DNA of 63,973 bases, counting the filler. It is 7 parts of 7 records of this genome, joined end to end, with 100 filler letters (N's around TTAATTAATTAA, not from the genome) between each part and the next. Parts side by side here need not be neighbours in the genome. Positions count along the whole stretch, not along the records: positions 29,955 to 36,301 come from DRR723986_11298; positions 36,402 to 43,162 come from DRR723986_11299; 5 more parts are not named here. One strand, given 5' to 3'. Both the position numbers and the translations under genes were made by a program. Every line of letters starts with the position of its first letter. The first letter of the stretch is position 1. Below, piece after piece: positions 30,251 through 40,362 of this stretch. Under the pieces are notes generated by a model, which was not told the origin of the DNA, ran no database searches, and saw only the letters and a list, made by a program, of their open reading frames with translations.

Positions 30251-31084
30251 GTGTCTCGGAGCGCTATTCTCCTCCTGGGAATTGCGCTTGTATCCGGCTG
30301 CACGCCCACAACCGAAATTGAGCTTCAGCCTGAGCCGCAGTATGCAGACCTTGAGTCGTTTTTTGAAGAGCGCCTCAACAACCAGCCGCGCAACTACGGC
30401 ACAATGCGTTTGTCCAGCCGCAGTGGCGATGTTACACAGGCCGAGCGAATCTACACGCTGGAAGCCATGATTTACAATGAAGACAAAACCGGTGGTGTGC
30501 GCACAGCCATTGATGGCGGAAGCGCTACAATCAGCAACATTGAACTGATCAGCGATCCCGATGACCCGGAAATACCCAATCGTTACTTTAAGAGTTGGTC
30601 ATCACTTGATGACATTCAGCCACCGGGTTTTGGGCAATTGTCAAACTGGGGGCTGGCGGGTAATCCGGCGATGGACATCCCGAACTTCGCCATCAGATTT
30701 TATGTGCCGGCGGATATTCGCCTCAGCCGGCCACCATTTGTGGATCCAGCCAATCCGCCTGCGTTCAGCAAGTCCGGGGACCTAGAGATACGCTGGAATG
30801 GCGATCCCAATCTACGCTACCCGGTACTAGTGCACCTGAATTATACAAAAGACGAGTTTAATACAGATCCAGGCTTGCCAGATAGCCAGCAAATGTATTC
30901 TGTTTTGGCAAATGATGAAGGCTCCTACTTCATTCCGGCCACCGCCCTGGATAATTTCCCGACGGGTGCCAACATTGTACTAACAGTCTCGCGCGGTAAC
31001 TACACAGAGCCCGTTAACGAGGGCAAGGAAATTTATATGTACGCCGTGCTGCAAGATAGCCGACGTTTTGTGCTGACCGATTGA
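30251..31084 (+). CDS. hypothetical lipoprotein (start uncertain)
   Basis: GTG 30251 gives MSRSAILLLGIALVSG-C with a lipobox-like site; long open frame. Confidence 0.6.
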   Translation: MSRSAILLLGIALVSGCTPTTEIELQPEPQYADLESFFEERLNNQPRNYGTMRLSSRSGDVTQAERIYTLEAMIYNEDKTGGVRTAIDGGSATISNIELISDPDDPEIPNRYFKSWSSLDDIQPPGFGQLSNWGLAGNPAMDIPNFAIRFYVPADIRLSRPPFVDPANPPAFSKSGDLEIRWNGDPNLRYPVLVHLNYTKDEFNTDPGLPDSQQMYSVLANDEGSYFIPATALDNFPTGANIVLTVSRGNYTEPVNEGKEIYMYAVLQDSRRFVLTD

Positions 31085-31124
31085 TAATCGTACAAGTGCA
31101 CATACTCCGGAGATTAACACAATC

Positions 31125-33182
31125 ATGACAGCAACACATAAAGTTAAGCCAGAATCAGCCTTGCACTATTTATTAACAAACCTGCACACATCCCTACTTC
31201 TGGCATGTGGCATTTGTCTGTTCGTTCCACTGTGCATACAAGCCCAATCCGAGATAACAATCGAATTTGAAGCGGTGGTTGCGGCTTCAGAAAACCGCAG
31301 CACAGAAGTTTTTGAGGAGCTTGAGGTCGGCGAAAAAGTCTACGGAACACTGCGTTATGATGCGCGCGCAGCTAAAAGCCACTTGGGACAACATCGCTCC
31401 ACTTTTACGATTCCCGCTCATGAAGCCAGTTTAACACTTGTTGTTCGTAAGCAGGAATTACGTGCGCCAGACGAAAGCGGCGAAAACCTCGTTCCGTTTT
31501 TTGCAGCACTAAACACCATGTCGGCTACCGGAACATCTCCAGACGATGTGTCACTGTCCTTTAACGGCTTCACGCGCTACTACGAAAATGCAGAGTCACT
31601 CCTGGACATCAAGCTCGAATTTTCAGGTTGGGAACTCACACAGAAACCGCCTCTTGATCGGCTGCCACACGAACTAAGGCTGGAAGACTGGAGAAACGCC
31701 GTAGTTTCTGTAATGCATAGTGAATATGACTATGCGGCCACGGACCTTCGAGCCCGCATCACATCGCTTAACATTATTCAAACGGAGCAGGTCAAGCTCA
31801 GTGGCAGTGTTTTTAAAGACCTTAACAATAACTGTAGTCCCGATGAAACGGATCGACCGTACTCACGGGAACTCATCGTGTTTAATCCCGGCGGCTTCAG
31901 CGTTATGACCGACGCGCAGGGACTATATACAACTGCTCTGCCGCCCGGCGATTACAGCGTTTCACTCCTGGATCAGGCCGTCTGGAAGCCCGCCTGCCTG
32001 GAAGCCGACGCGCACATCAGTATTTCCGCAGATGGCACAAATGAGTTAAATGCGGATATTGCATTAAAATCCGATGCAGCTCAAATGGATGCTGAACTAA
32101 AGATTACAGCCGGCAACTTGTTCCCCGGCAAAGCAACAAACCACATCATTGAACTGCACAACACAGGCAATATTAACTTTACGGGCAGCGTGCAATTGCG
32201 CTACCCGGCGATTGTAAGCGATCTGGAAAGCACACCGGCTGCCGATGTCACAACCGACTTCACAGAATACTCAGAGACGCAGTGGTTTGTGACGGACCTG
32301 CCGGTTAATCAATCACAAATCTTTCACGTTGATCTGCAAATTCCATTTTCTGGAGTCACAAACGGCGATCGATTTTGCTCAAGTGTTGAAGTCCAGTTTG
32401 ACAGCCGCCCGACTGCACCGCAAAACGACAAACACGTCAGAAACATTTGTAACAACATTCGACTTAACAACGCGCCGGCCCAGATGCAAGTATTCAGCGG
32501 CGAGCGCAATGCCGATGGGCCAATTGACATCACAGACACAAAATTACGTTACGTGATTCACTTCAGGAATACCGGCGAGGAAGCCGTCCAGGACATCCAG
32601 ATTCGCAGTTTTCTCAGCAATCAACTGGACATCACAAGCCTTAAACTCGGGCCAAGTCAATACGACGTGGACTTTTCGCTTTCGCCTTTTGGTAGCATGA
32701 CCTGGAATTTAAACGGAATTAACCTCCCGCCGCAATCTGTCGATCCCAAGGGCTACAGCGCTTCTGTCAGTTTTGAAGTTAATTTGGCCGAAGGTTTGGA
32801 GCTGGGCACGCAAATTATTAACTCAGCGGATATTACCTTCGCCCCGCAAGATACAAGCCGCACGAACATCGTCATCAGTGAGATTACAGACATTCCAAGC
32901 AGTGTTAACAGTGCAGAAGAACAGCGCAAATTCAGTGTACGTCCCAACCCAGCCGCCGAACAAGTCACAATTGACTTTGACAATGTTGATGCCGTTAATA
33001 ACAATTCTGGACCGGTCAGTTTGACACTACGCAATATTTTGGGCCAGACGGTCCTGACGCAGCGTTTAGATAGTCCGCAGCCAACAACAATTGACGTCTC
33101 TTCACTGCCGGTGGGCCTGTACTTTCTGAGGCTGGAATCGCGCAGCGGCAGGGGTTTTGAGACTGTTAACATTGTGCGTTGA
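31125..33182 (+). CDS. T9SS type-A sorting domain protein with SdrD_B-like and DUF7619-like Ig domains
   Basis: Signal peptide, SGSVFKDLNNNC, YVIHFRNTG, IINSADITF...TN and CTD VRPNPA...GLYFLRL. Confidence 0.8.
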   Translation: MTATHKVKPESALHYLLTNLHTSLLLACGICLFVPLCIQAQSEITIEFEAVVAASENRSTEVFEELEVGEKVYGTLRYDARAAKSHLGQHRSTFTIPAHEASLTLVVRKQELRAPDESGENLVPFFAALNTMSATGTSPDDVSLSFNGFTRYYENAESLLDIKLEFSGWELTQKPPLDRLPHELRLEDWRNAVVSVMHSEYDYAATDLRARITSLNIIQTEQVKLSGSVFKDLNNNCSPDETDRPYSRELIVFNPGGFSVMTDAQGLYTTALPPGDYSVSLLDQAVWKPACLEADAHISISADGTNELNADIALKSDAAQMDAELKITAGNLFPGKATNHIIELHNTGNINFTGSVQLRYPAIVSDLESTPAADVTTDFTEYSETQWFVTDLPVNQSQIFHVDLQIPFSGVTNGDRFCSSVEVQFDSRPTAPQNDKHVRNICNNIRLNNAPAQMQVFSGERNADGPIDITDTKLRYVIHFRNTGEEAVQDIQIRSFLSNQLDITSLKLGPSQYDVDFSLSPFGSMTWNLNGINLPPQSVDPKGYSASVSFEVNLAEGLELGTQIINSADITFAPQDTSRTNIVISEITDIPSSVNSAEEQRKFSVRPNPAAEQVTIDFDNVDAVNNNSGPVSLTLRNILGQTVLTQRLDSPQPTTIDVSSLPVGLYFLRLESRSGRGFETVNIVR

Positions 33183-33346
33183 GAATACGAGTTAACATGG
33201 TTCGCAGGTTTCAGACACGATATTTGACTGACAAACTATCACCTTCTTGCTTGAGGCTGAGGACTTGAGCGCTGCGCCCCTTTTCACTCCGTTCGGTGGC
33301 TGGCTGTTTCTTTTTGTTTGGCATTGAGTCCACATGTTCAATTTGT

Positions 33347-34195
33347 TTAATCATTGCTAACCTCCGCCTCAATCGAAGCATTAAGTGAAATCTGCATCCA
33401 GGTAAACACCTCACGATAGAGCTGCCGCCAGTTGCTGAAGTCGTGACCGTAAGGCAATTCATGATAACTGACATTCCAGTTTCGCGCCTGCAGAGCAGCT
33501 TTAATTGACGGAGTGTATGCCTGGGCGTCATTATCTGTGCCGGTACTAAGAAAAACAGCCTGACCGGCGCCATTCGAAACAGCCAATTGATCAATCAGAT
33601 CGTGACAGGGGTATGTGATCGGCGATAAAACCGCGTAGTGCTTAAACAGCTTAGAAGTATGCGCCGCAAAGTACAAGGCGTTTAAGCCGCCAAAGGAAAT
33701 GCCCATCAATGTGCGGCTGCGTGCCGATGTATCCAGGTGATAGTGTTTTTCAACAAATGGGATCAACTCCCGGCGGAAGAACACTGCAAAGTCAGGGTTG
33801 CACAGAAATTGCTGGTTACGGCGATTGTTGGCGGGATTGCCCGGTTCGGCAGCGCTAAGTAAAATTGTCACCACAGGCTGCACCAGCCCCTCGCTTTGAA
33901 TGGCTTCGAGTGAGTCAATCAAATGCCCATCCGACTGCATCAGATAGCCGTCAGTCACATACAGCGCTGGATAGGCCGCCTGTCTGGACGCATCGTAGGT
34001 ATGTGGCAGAATAACCTTTAACTCAAGATCGTACTGCAAAACATCACTTGAAATTTGATGTGTGTGGCTGCGATCATTGAGTGTAAGCGGAACTGTTTGA
34101 CGGGATGGATCGGCGCGAGCCATTTCGTGTGCTACAAGCGCATGTCCTGCGGCGAACAACATGATTGCAAGAATGACGGCGTCTACTAGTTGCAT
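33347..34195 (-). CDS. exported Fes/IroE-like esterase
   Basis: YPALYVTDG, ELIPFVE, GISFGG and GHDF; signal peptide; GGAG RBS before ATG 34195. Confidence 0.8.
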   Translation of the reverse strand: MQLVDAVILAIMLFAAGHALVAHEMARADPSRQTVPLTLNDRSHTHQISSDVLQYDLELKVILPHTYDASRQAAYPALYVTDGYLMQSDGHLIDSLEAIQSEGLVQPVVTILLSAAEPGNPANNRRNQQFLCNPDFAVFFRRELIPFVEKHYHLDTSARSRTLMGISFGGLNALYFAAHTSKLFKHYAVLSPITYPCHDLIDQLAVSNGAGQAVFLSTGTDNDAQAYTPSIKAALQARNWNVSYHELPYGHDFSNWRQLYREVFTWMQISLNASIEAEVSND

Positions 34196-34468
34196 TGGGT
34201 GCTCCTTTGGTACAATTTCTGCTCGTACCAGCTTAGAGCACGGTAAGTGCCGGGTGTGACAAGTGCATAAATGATTTTTTTTTGTAACACGGCAAGACTG
34301 ACGGCATCTAAGTCTGCGAGGCCGGCAAAGAGTCAATAGCTGGGCGTTCAAGCGGAGTTATGCCCTGTTATAAACACATTTCGCTTATGACAGGGATTGT
34401 GGCTGGAATCATAACAGCGACCGTGATCGTAAAACGTCGCTCGAATACAAACCAAAAGAAAGCAAAAA

Positions 34469-35344
34469 ATGCAGAGTCCATTTAGTAGCGATTATTCCGA
34501 TTCCAGGGACCGCGAGTTGGTTAGCCAAGCCGTGGCGGGCGACCGTGCAGCACTGGAAACTTTGGTTAAACGGCACCAGCCCTACATTTACAATGTAGCC
34601 TGGAAAATGGTTCACGAACCCGATGATGCGCAGGATTTGGCACAGGAAGCCTGGATCAAGGCGATCACCAATCTGGCATCGTTTCAGCACAAAAGCTCGT
34701 TCCGAACCTGGTTATACCGCATCGTACTTAATCACTTTCTGCAAACCAAAAAACGCAAGTGTGAAACGAAGATTACGAGTTTCACGGAATTTGGTACAAG
34801 GCTGGACAACATTCCAGATCCGGCAATGACCGAAACTGAGTTGTTTGAACTGGCAGAACAGTCGGAAGAAATGCGCATCAGCTGCATGTCCGGCATGTTG
34901 TTGTGTTTAAGCCGAGAGCAGCGTTTGGTTTTTATTTTGGGATCGATGTTTAAGATTGAGCACAAACTTGGAGCTGAGATTCTTGAAATCTCACCGGCAA
35001 ATTTCCGGATCAAGCTGCACCGGGCGCGCAAGGATTTGTACAACTTCATGCAGAACAAATGTGGACTGGTGAACAAGAACAATCCCTGCCGCTGTCCCAA
35101 GAAAACCAAGGCCCTGATTCAGGCAGGCGCAATTGACCCGGCGGAACGCAAGTTTAACATTGAGCACCGACGCAAAGTCTACGACTTGGCGCGTGCAACG
35201 ACGCGGGAGGCTGAAGACCTGGTAGAGCGTCAATATGACAAGCTCTACGGCCATCACCCTGCGCAGGATAAATTTAACAAGGAAATTCTGGTGACTGAGA
35301 TTGTCAATCACAAAGACATTCAGAACTACTTCCACTTAAACTGA
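34469..35344 (+). CDS. ECF sigma-70 factor with Cys-rich C-terminal extension
   Basis: DAQDLAQE, SSFRTWLYRI (region 2), region 4 ending LHRARKDL, then CGLVNKNNPCRC. Confidence 0.9.
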   Translation: MQSPFSSDYSDSRDRELVSQAVAGDRAALETLVKRHQPYIYNVAWKMVHEPDDAQDLAQEAWIKAITNLASFQHKSSFRTWLYRIVLNHFLQTKKRKCETKITSFTEFGTRLDNIPDPAMTETELFELAEQSEEMRISCMSGMLLCLSREQRLVFILGSMFKIEHKLGAEILEISPANFRIKLHRARKDLYNFMQNKCGLVNKNNPCRCPKKTKALIQAGAIDPAERKFNIEHRRKVYDLARATTREAEDLVERQYDKLYGHHPAQDKFNKEILVTEIVNHKDIQNYFHLN

Positions 35345-35558
35345 TGTCTGTTTAGCGGCTCACAAGTCCGTTGGTGCGTGCCGGCTGGATTAACAACCAG
35401 GACGCGGACGGCAGTGCACGGCGCAACATTCCGCAGCATTTAACAAACAATATACATTTAAACCTATCTGCCGTGCAGCTTTCTGCACGGCCAGGCAATC
35501 TACGTTTATTCCCAAAACTCTTGGGTGTAAACAAGCAACCCAAGCAAGGAAGAAAATT

Positions 35559-36089
35559 ATGAAAACGCTCATCATAGCGGCAGGTTTATTGGCAGGTATG
35601 GGATTCCTGATCTTTAATTCAACAGAAACGGTTGCCGGCAAGGGCGAACCCAAAATTACCCACACGATTACAATCGCGGCTTCGGCGGATGAAGTCTGGG
35701 AACGACTGCGTCAGCTGGACGGCCTGGAGGAGATTATTCCACAGTACGTTGCGCAGTCCTCGATTAACACAAACACACCGCAGGTAGGCACGGAACGCAC
35801 GTGTAAAGCTCCCGAAGGCAACGGTTATTACAAGGAGAAAGTACTTGAATTTGACGATGGCGCACGTTTCTACAAGTACACTCTGATTGACGGAAGTATT
35901 CCGATCAAGAACATGTTAAACTCGTTTCGCGTAGTGGACCTTGGTTATAAAAAGTGCATGGTTATCTGGCAGGCCAACTACGAGTGGGTGCCGAATGATC
36001 AGATGCCCGAAGCGCAGCTGGACGGTTTCATGTCGCAAGCCGGCAGTGACATCCTCAAAGGCCTAAATCGCCTGCACGGCCGAGGTTGA
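35559..36089 (+). CDS. SRPBCC (polyketide cyclase 2-like) protein with N-terminal signal/anchor
   Basis: TITIAASADEVW, VGTERT and YKEKVLEFD...YKY; N-terminal hydrophobic helix. Confidence 0.8.
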   Translation: MKTLIIAAGLLAGMGFLIFNSTETVAGKGEPKITHTITIAASADEVWERLRQLDGLEEIIPQYVAQSSINTNTPQVGTERTCKAPEGNGYYKEKVLEFDDGARFYKYTLIDGSIPIKNMLNSFRVVDLGYKKCMVIWQANYEWVPNDQMPEAQLDGFMSQAGSDILKGLNRLHGRG

Positions 36090-36130
36090 TCCGGCAGAAG
36101 GTAGAGCGCATAGTCTGAACTTCAGACGAC

Positions 36131-36167
36131 ATCCTCGGTTGGCGATTGTGCCTACCGGGGATTTTTT
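36131..36167 (+). terminator. intrinsic terminator
   Basis: ATCCTCGGT...ACCGGGGAT stem followed by a T-run. Confidence 0.6.
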
Positions 36168-36301
36168 GTTTAAGGCTTCAACTGAAATAATCGGCGGCTG
36201 CGGACTCAGTGACCAGCATGAAAAAGAAGCAAGCCGCAAGAGCACAGAGTGCGACGGCGAAGCGCTCTAACAGCAAGCCGGAAGCCATTTTTCACAAAAT
36301 G

Positions 36302-36401
36302 NNNNNNNNNNNNNNNNNNNNNNNNNNNNNNNNNNNNNNNNNNNNTTAATTAATTAANNNNNNNNNNNNNNNNNNNNNNNNNNNNNNNNNNNNNNNNNNN
36401 N
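36302..36401. other. artificial contig linker
   Basis: N44-TTAATTAATTAA-N44. Confidence 0.99.
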
Positions 36402-36663
36402 AGGCTTTTTGATTTTTTTGTTAATCGCTGATGCAACAATCGCAGGCCGTCATTCTGTCTGCTAGACTCTTAGTCTCTCAGACTGTTAAACCTCTGAGGC
36501 GAAAACACATTAGACTAAAAACTTGCGGGCTGCGCGGCCTTGCCTTCGACTTGCAAGTTGTGCTTCTGCGGCAGCTTCACCGTGAGCATCATACCACGTG
36601 TAATTATAAACGCGGCGCGCCAGGATGGGTGCTTCAAATTCTAAAACTGAGTGTGTCTAAAAA

Positions 36664-37053
36664 TCAAAAATCGCCCACCGGCGGAACCCAAAGGTGCTTT
36701 TCCAGGTCGACTACCTCACCCACAAACTGAATTTCCTCAGCTTCCAATAGCTCGCGCATCAATGTTGGTGTGGCAAAATGTGTTGCGCCACTCAGCGCGC
36801 CCATGCGGTTGACCACGCGATGCGCGGGAACGTCGGGCCGGTTAGCTGCTGAGTTGAGCGCCCAGCCAACCATGCGTGCGGAGGACTTGGCACCCAGCGC
36901 CGCCCCGATATGCCCGTAGGTCGAGACTTTCCCGGTGGGAATTGTTGCTACCACGTTGTATACGCGGTGAAAGAAATCATTATTTTGTCCCGAGCTTGCT
37001 GCTTTACCCTCTTCGCTAAACTCCAGCGCTCTGCGCTTCGTCGGACCTTTCAT
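36664..37053 (-). CDS. alkyltransferase-like (ATL/MGMT family) protein
   Basis: IPTGKVSTYGHI, ARMVGWAL and VPAHRVV (Ala in place of the catalytic Cys of PCHRV). Confidence 0.88.
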   Translation of the reverse strand: MKGPTKRRALEFSEEGKAASSGQNNDFFHRVYNVVATIPTGKVSTYGHIGAALGAKSSARMVGWALNSAANRPDVPAHRVVNRMGALSGATHFATPTLMRELLEAEEIQFVGEVVDLEKHLWVPPVGDF

Positions 37054-37109
37054 ACTATACTCGCATATCGATTGCTAAAAGCTGAATTCATCGGAAAGAC
37101 CTGGCTAAC

Positions 37110-37925
37110 ATGAGTACACTTAAGTACGGATATCCACGGCGGATTATTTGTTTGACCGAAGAAACAACTGAGGCTTTGTATCTGATTGGTGCCGACGACC
37201 TCCTGGTCGGAGTCTCGGGTTTCACCGTTAGACCCAAACGTGCCCGCAAAGAAAAAGCCACCGTCTCCACCTATCTGGATGCCAATGTCGAAAAGATTCT
37301 GGAACTCAAGCCCGACCTCGTAATTGCCTGGTCTGATCTACAGGCCGATATCTGTGCGAACCTGGTCCGCGCCGGCGTTGAAGTCCTCTGTTTTAATCAT
37401 CGCAGCGTCGCCGGTATTCTCTCGATGCTGTTGCGCCTGGGCGCAATTGTCGGCCGCTCAAGCGCCATGCAAAAGCTGGTGGATGAGCTGCAGCGTAACT
37501 ACGACCAGGCCCTGGAGCGCGGCGCTGCCCGCAAAATTATTCCGCGCGTCTATTTTGAAGAATGGTACGATCCCCTGATCAGTGGAATCGCCTGGGTCAG
37601 CGAAATCATCGAAGCCTGCGGCGCCGTTGACGTTTATGCCGAAAACCGCAGCTCCCAAGGCGCAAAGGGTCGCATTATAGCGGATCCGTCTGAAGTCATT
37701 GCACGCAAGCCCGATATCATGATCGCATCCTGGTGCGGCAAAATGTTTAAACCGGAACGCGTACTGGCGCGCGCCGGCTGGTCTGAAATCCCAGCAATCA
37801 AAAATCGCCAAATGCACGAAATCCATTCAGCTGTCATCTTGCAGCCGGGCCCCGCCGCACTAAGCGAAGGGTTAACTCAAGTGATGCAGATTCTCGACAA
37901 TTGGGAAAACAAGCAGAAAAGCTAA
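37110..37925 (+). CDS. BtuF-like helical-backbone metal/cobalamin-binding protein
   Basis: PRRIICLTEETTE, LKPDLV, RVYFEEWYDP and ILQPGP; no signal peptide. Confidence 0.85.
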   Translation: MSTLKYGYPRRIICLTEETTEALYLIGADDLLVGVSGFTVRPKRARKEKATVSTYLDANVEKILELKPDLVIAWSDLQADICANLVRAGVEVLCFNHRSVAGILSMLLRLGAIVGRSSAMQKLVDELQRNYDQALERGAARKIIPRVYFEEWYDPLISGIAWVSEIIEACGAVDVYAENRSSQGAKGRIIADPSEVIARKPDIMIASWCGKMFKPERVLARAGWSEIPAIKNRQMHEIHSAVILQPGPAALSEGLTQVMQILDNWENKQKS

Positions 37926-38158
37926 AACAGACTACGTGTTATTGTTTGTGTCTTAAGCCCAGAGTACGTGTGTGCAACTGCGCCGCGCCTGGATTACGCT
38001 GCCGGAAGTCTTAATCCTTGTCGGCTTTGGTTGCGGCCCGGAGTGTCTGTTTTGAACGGTAATTGATTCCTGAGAATTCGCAGTTCTCAATCTCGGCATG
38101 CACAACAATTCTGTGACTTTGAGCAGTTGAGCCTGAGGCATTCTCAACGCCAAAAAAC

Positions 38159-39415
38159 TTAACTTTTTATAAGCTCAGTCAAAAATGGCGCTACACCCCA
38201 ACGTTCATAATTGGCGTCCAGCTCAGTGATGTCACGCGTTTTTCCGATGTATTCCGCGCGAATCATAATGTTCTTGGATGTGTGTTCCGGCGCTACAAAC
38301 TCAATCAGACTGGCCCGATAACCTTTAGCCTGCAGGATGTCTCTGCGCATGCTGTCAGTTAACAGATCCGCCAGCCGTTCCCTGCTGATATTATCTTGCA
38401 GGAGCGCACCGACTTCATCAGGAGCGCCATCCCTGCGCAGGCGTTCGTTAACGTAATGGTGGCAGCATGGCGCCGCCAAAATCGCTTTTGCCTCGACTTT
38501 CAGGGCCAGCGCAAGTGCTTCGTCAGTGGCAGTATCACAGGCATGCAGGGCGATCAACAGGTCGCAGGATTCTGGAGTAGCGGCATCGGTAATAGTTGAG
38601 TGCACAAAGCGCGCGGCCTGCATTCCCAGTTGCTGCGCGGCAGCATTCGCAAAATTAATGACGCGCGGATTAAAGTCAATGCCCAGTAGTTCAACTTCCA
38701 GCCCGCGAATTTTGTTTAAGTACCAGTACAGCGCCAGACTAAGGTAGGCTTTGCCACAGCCACAATCCACGACGCTAAGCTTGGAGTCACTCGGCGACTT
38801 AAACATGTCTAGAGTCATCGCCAGGCTGATAAACTGATTAATCTGTCGGAATTTAGAGCGCCGGCTGTCAATTATGCGTCCGCGGTCGTCAGCAATCCCC
38901 AGCGTCTGCAGAAGGTCTTTGGCGTTCTCAACCGTGATTGGATGTTGTTTATCGTTTTCACTCTGGTTGCCCCACTGTTTGCGTGAAGCCTTGCCGCGTT
39001 TAAGCACAACTTTGGGTGCCTGATCGTTTGGACGTGGATACAGATGTAGCGTTATGTCCCCCGCTGCTGTCTGCATGTGCGCCTGAAGAAATGGCAAGCC
39101 AAAGAGCAAGTCCAGTACGCCTTCCAGCACATGGTCTGCCTGCAAGTCTATATGCGTGGTGAAGTGCTGCTTCTGCGTGAAACATTCCAGAGTTACCCGG
39201 TTAAGGCCTGCTTCCGCATTGTTGTTTAAGCTGTGCAAACTCAGCTTGCGCGGCGCTTCCGGAATTTCGATGACCGTCTGTAAACTCTTCAGACAGGCCT
39301 GCGCCGGCTCCGTCTGGTGGTCACGTCGATATTCCGGTGCGCTCAGGGTTAGTACAAAGTCCGCATCATCCTGGGTGATGCGTCGGCGCATTTCCTGTGC
39401 TGCGTCATTTAACAT
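38159..39415 (-). CDS. class I SAM-dependent methyltransferase
   Basis: KFRQINQF, VVDCGCGKAYLS, ALHACDTATD, APCCH and EHTSKN. Confidence 0.88.
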   Translation of the reverse strand: MLNDAAQEMRRRITQDDADFVLTLSAPEYRRDHQTEPAQACLKSLQTVIEIPEAPRKLSLHSLNNNAEAGLNRVTLECFTQKQHFTTHIDLQADHVLEGVLDLLFGLPFLQAHMQTAAGDITLHLYPRPNDQAPKVVLKRGKASRKQWGNQSENDKQHPITVENAKDLLQTLGIADDRGRIIDSRRSKFRQINQFISLAMTLDMFKSPSDSKLSVVDCGCGKAYLSLALYWYLNKIRGLEVELLGIDFNPRVINFANAAAQQLGMQAARFVHSTITDAATPESCDLLIALHACDTATDEALALALKVEAKAILAAPCCHHYVNERLRRDGAPDEVGALLQDNISRERLADLLTDSMRRDILQAKGYRASLIEFVAPEHTSKNIMIRAEYIGKTRDITELDANYERWGVAPFLTELIKS

Positions 39416-39442
39416 GTTGCCACTTTCCCACGTTGCATAAGG

Positions 39443-40150
39443 TTATTCAGCTGCCGCCAGCGTGGCGGCTTCAACGCGACGCACGCCATGATCACGTAGT
39501 GTCTGCGCACAGGCATTCGCAGTCGCACCTGTTGTGAAAACGTCGTCAACCAGTAAGACGTGCGCGTTAAGCAGCGCTCCTATTTCTGGCCCCTCTCTAA
39601 AATTGCGGCGTCCGCGGTCCTGGCGCTGCTGTGCACTTAGTCCGGTTTGGGAGGCTGTGTACGTGCCACGCGCCAGGGCGTGATTGAACACTGGAATGTC
39701 AAGTTCTTGCGCCACTCCCTTCGCGATTTCTTCGGCCTGATTAAATCCGCGTTCCCGGCGGCGCGCCCTATGTAGGGGAACCGGTACGATTGCGTCGAAG
39801 TCGTCGCGCCGCAGGTGGACCAGTGTGCGTGCCATCTCAGCGCCAAACTCCTGACCAATTCTTTTGCAGCCGCGATACTTAAGGGCGTGCAGCAGCGCAT
39901 GTGAATTATCCTGACGGCGCAACAAAAAGCGCGCGTTAACCGCTGCTAAAGCTGTCTGCTCAACCCCGGCGCGTGCTGCCGGTCGGTTTAGCAGTTCGGC
40001 AGGTTCAGGTGCCGGCGGTAATGCGTCAACACAGGCACTGCAGGCAAATTCAAAAACTTGGTAGGCGTCAGCGGCGCGGAGCAGTACGCCGCATATCTCG
40101 CAGCATCGTGGTGCCGCAAATTCAAGCAGATCGGTCAGCAGGCCCTGCAA
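39443..40150 (-). CDS. comF: ComF family phosphoribosyltransferase-like protein
   Basis: N-terminal CxxC...CxxC, IVPVPLH, RGFNQA and LLVDDVFTTGAT. Confidence 0.88.
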   Translation of the reverse strand: MQGLLTDLLEFAAPRCCEICGVLLRAADAYQVFEFACSACVDALPPAPEPAELLNRPAARAGVEQTALAAVNARFLLRRQDNSHALLHALKYRGCKRIGQEFGAEMARTLVHLRRDDFDAIVPVPLHRARRRERGFNQAEEIAKGVAQELDIPVFNHALARGTYTASQTGLSAQQRQDRGRRNFREGPEIGALLNAHVLLVDDVFTTGATANACAQTLRDHGVRRVEAATLAAAE

Positions 40151-40362
40151 CGCGATACCTGGCGCGCGCAGCGCGCTGAATGATCGGCTATCAGAGGCAA
40201 ACGGATTAAGCAGCCGGATGAAAGAGTCGCGAATACTTGTGACTGGAGCTTTCAGACAAACCTCACATGCTGGAGTTCAGGCATGGACTGCCTGTGCCGC
40301 AGCCGAAAATTCAGGCTGCGGCGCATTTGGAGATTGAGCGCGATGCTCAAAAGTTAGAAGAG

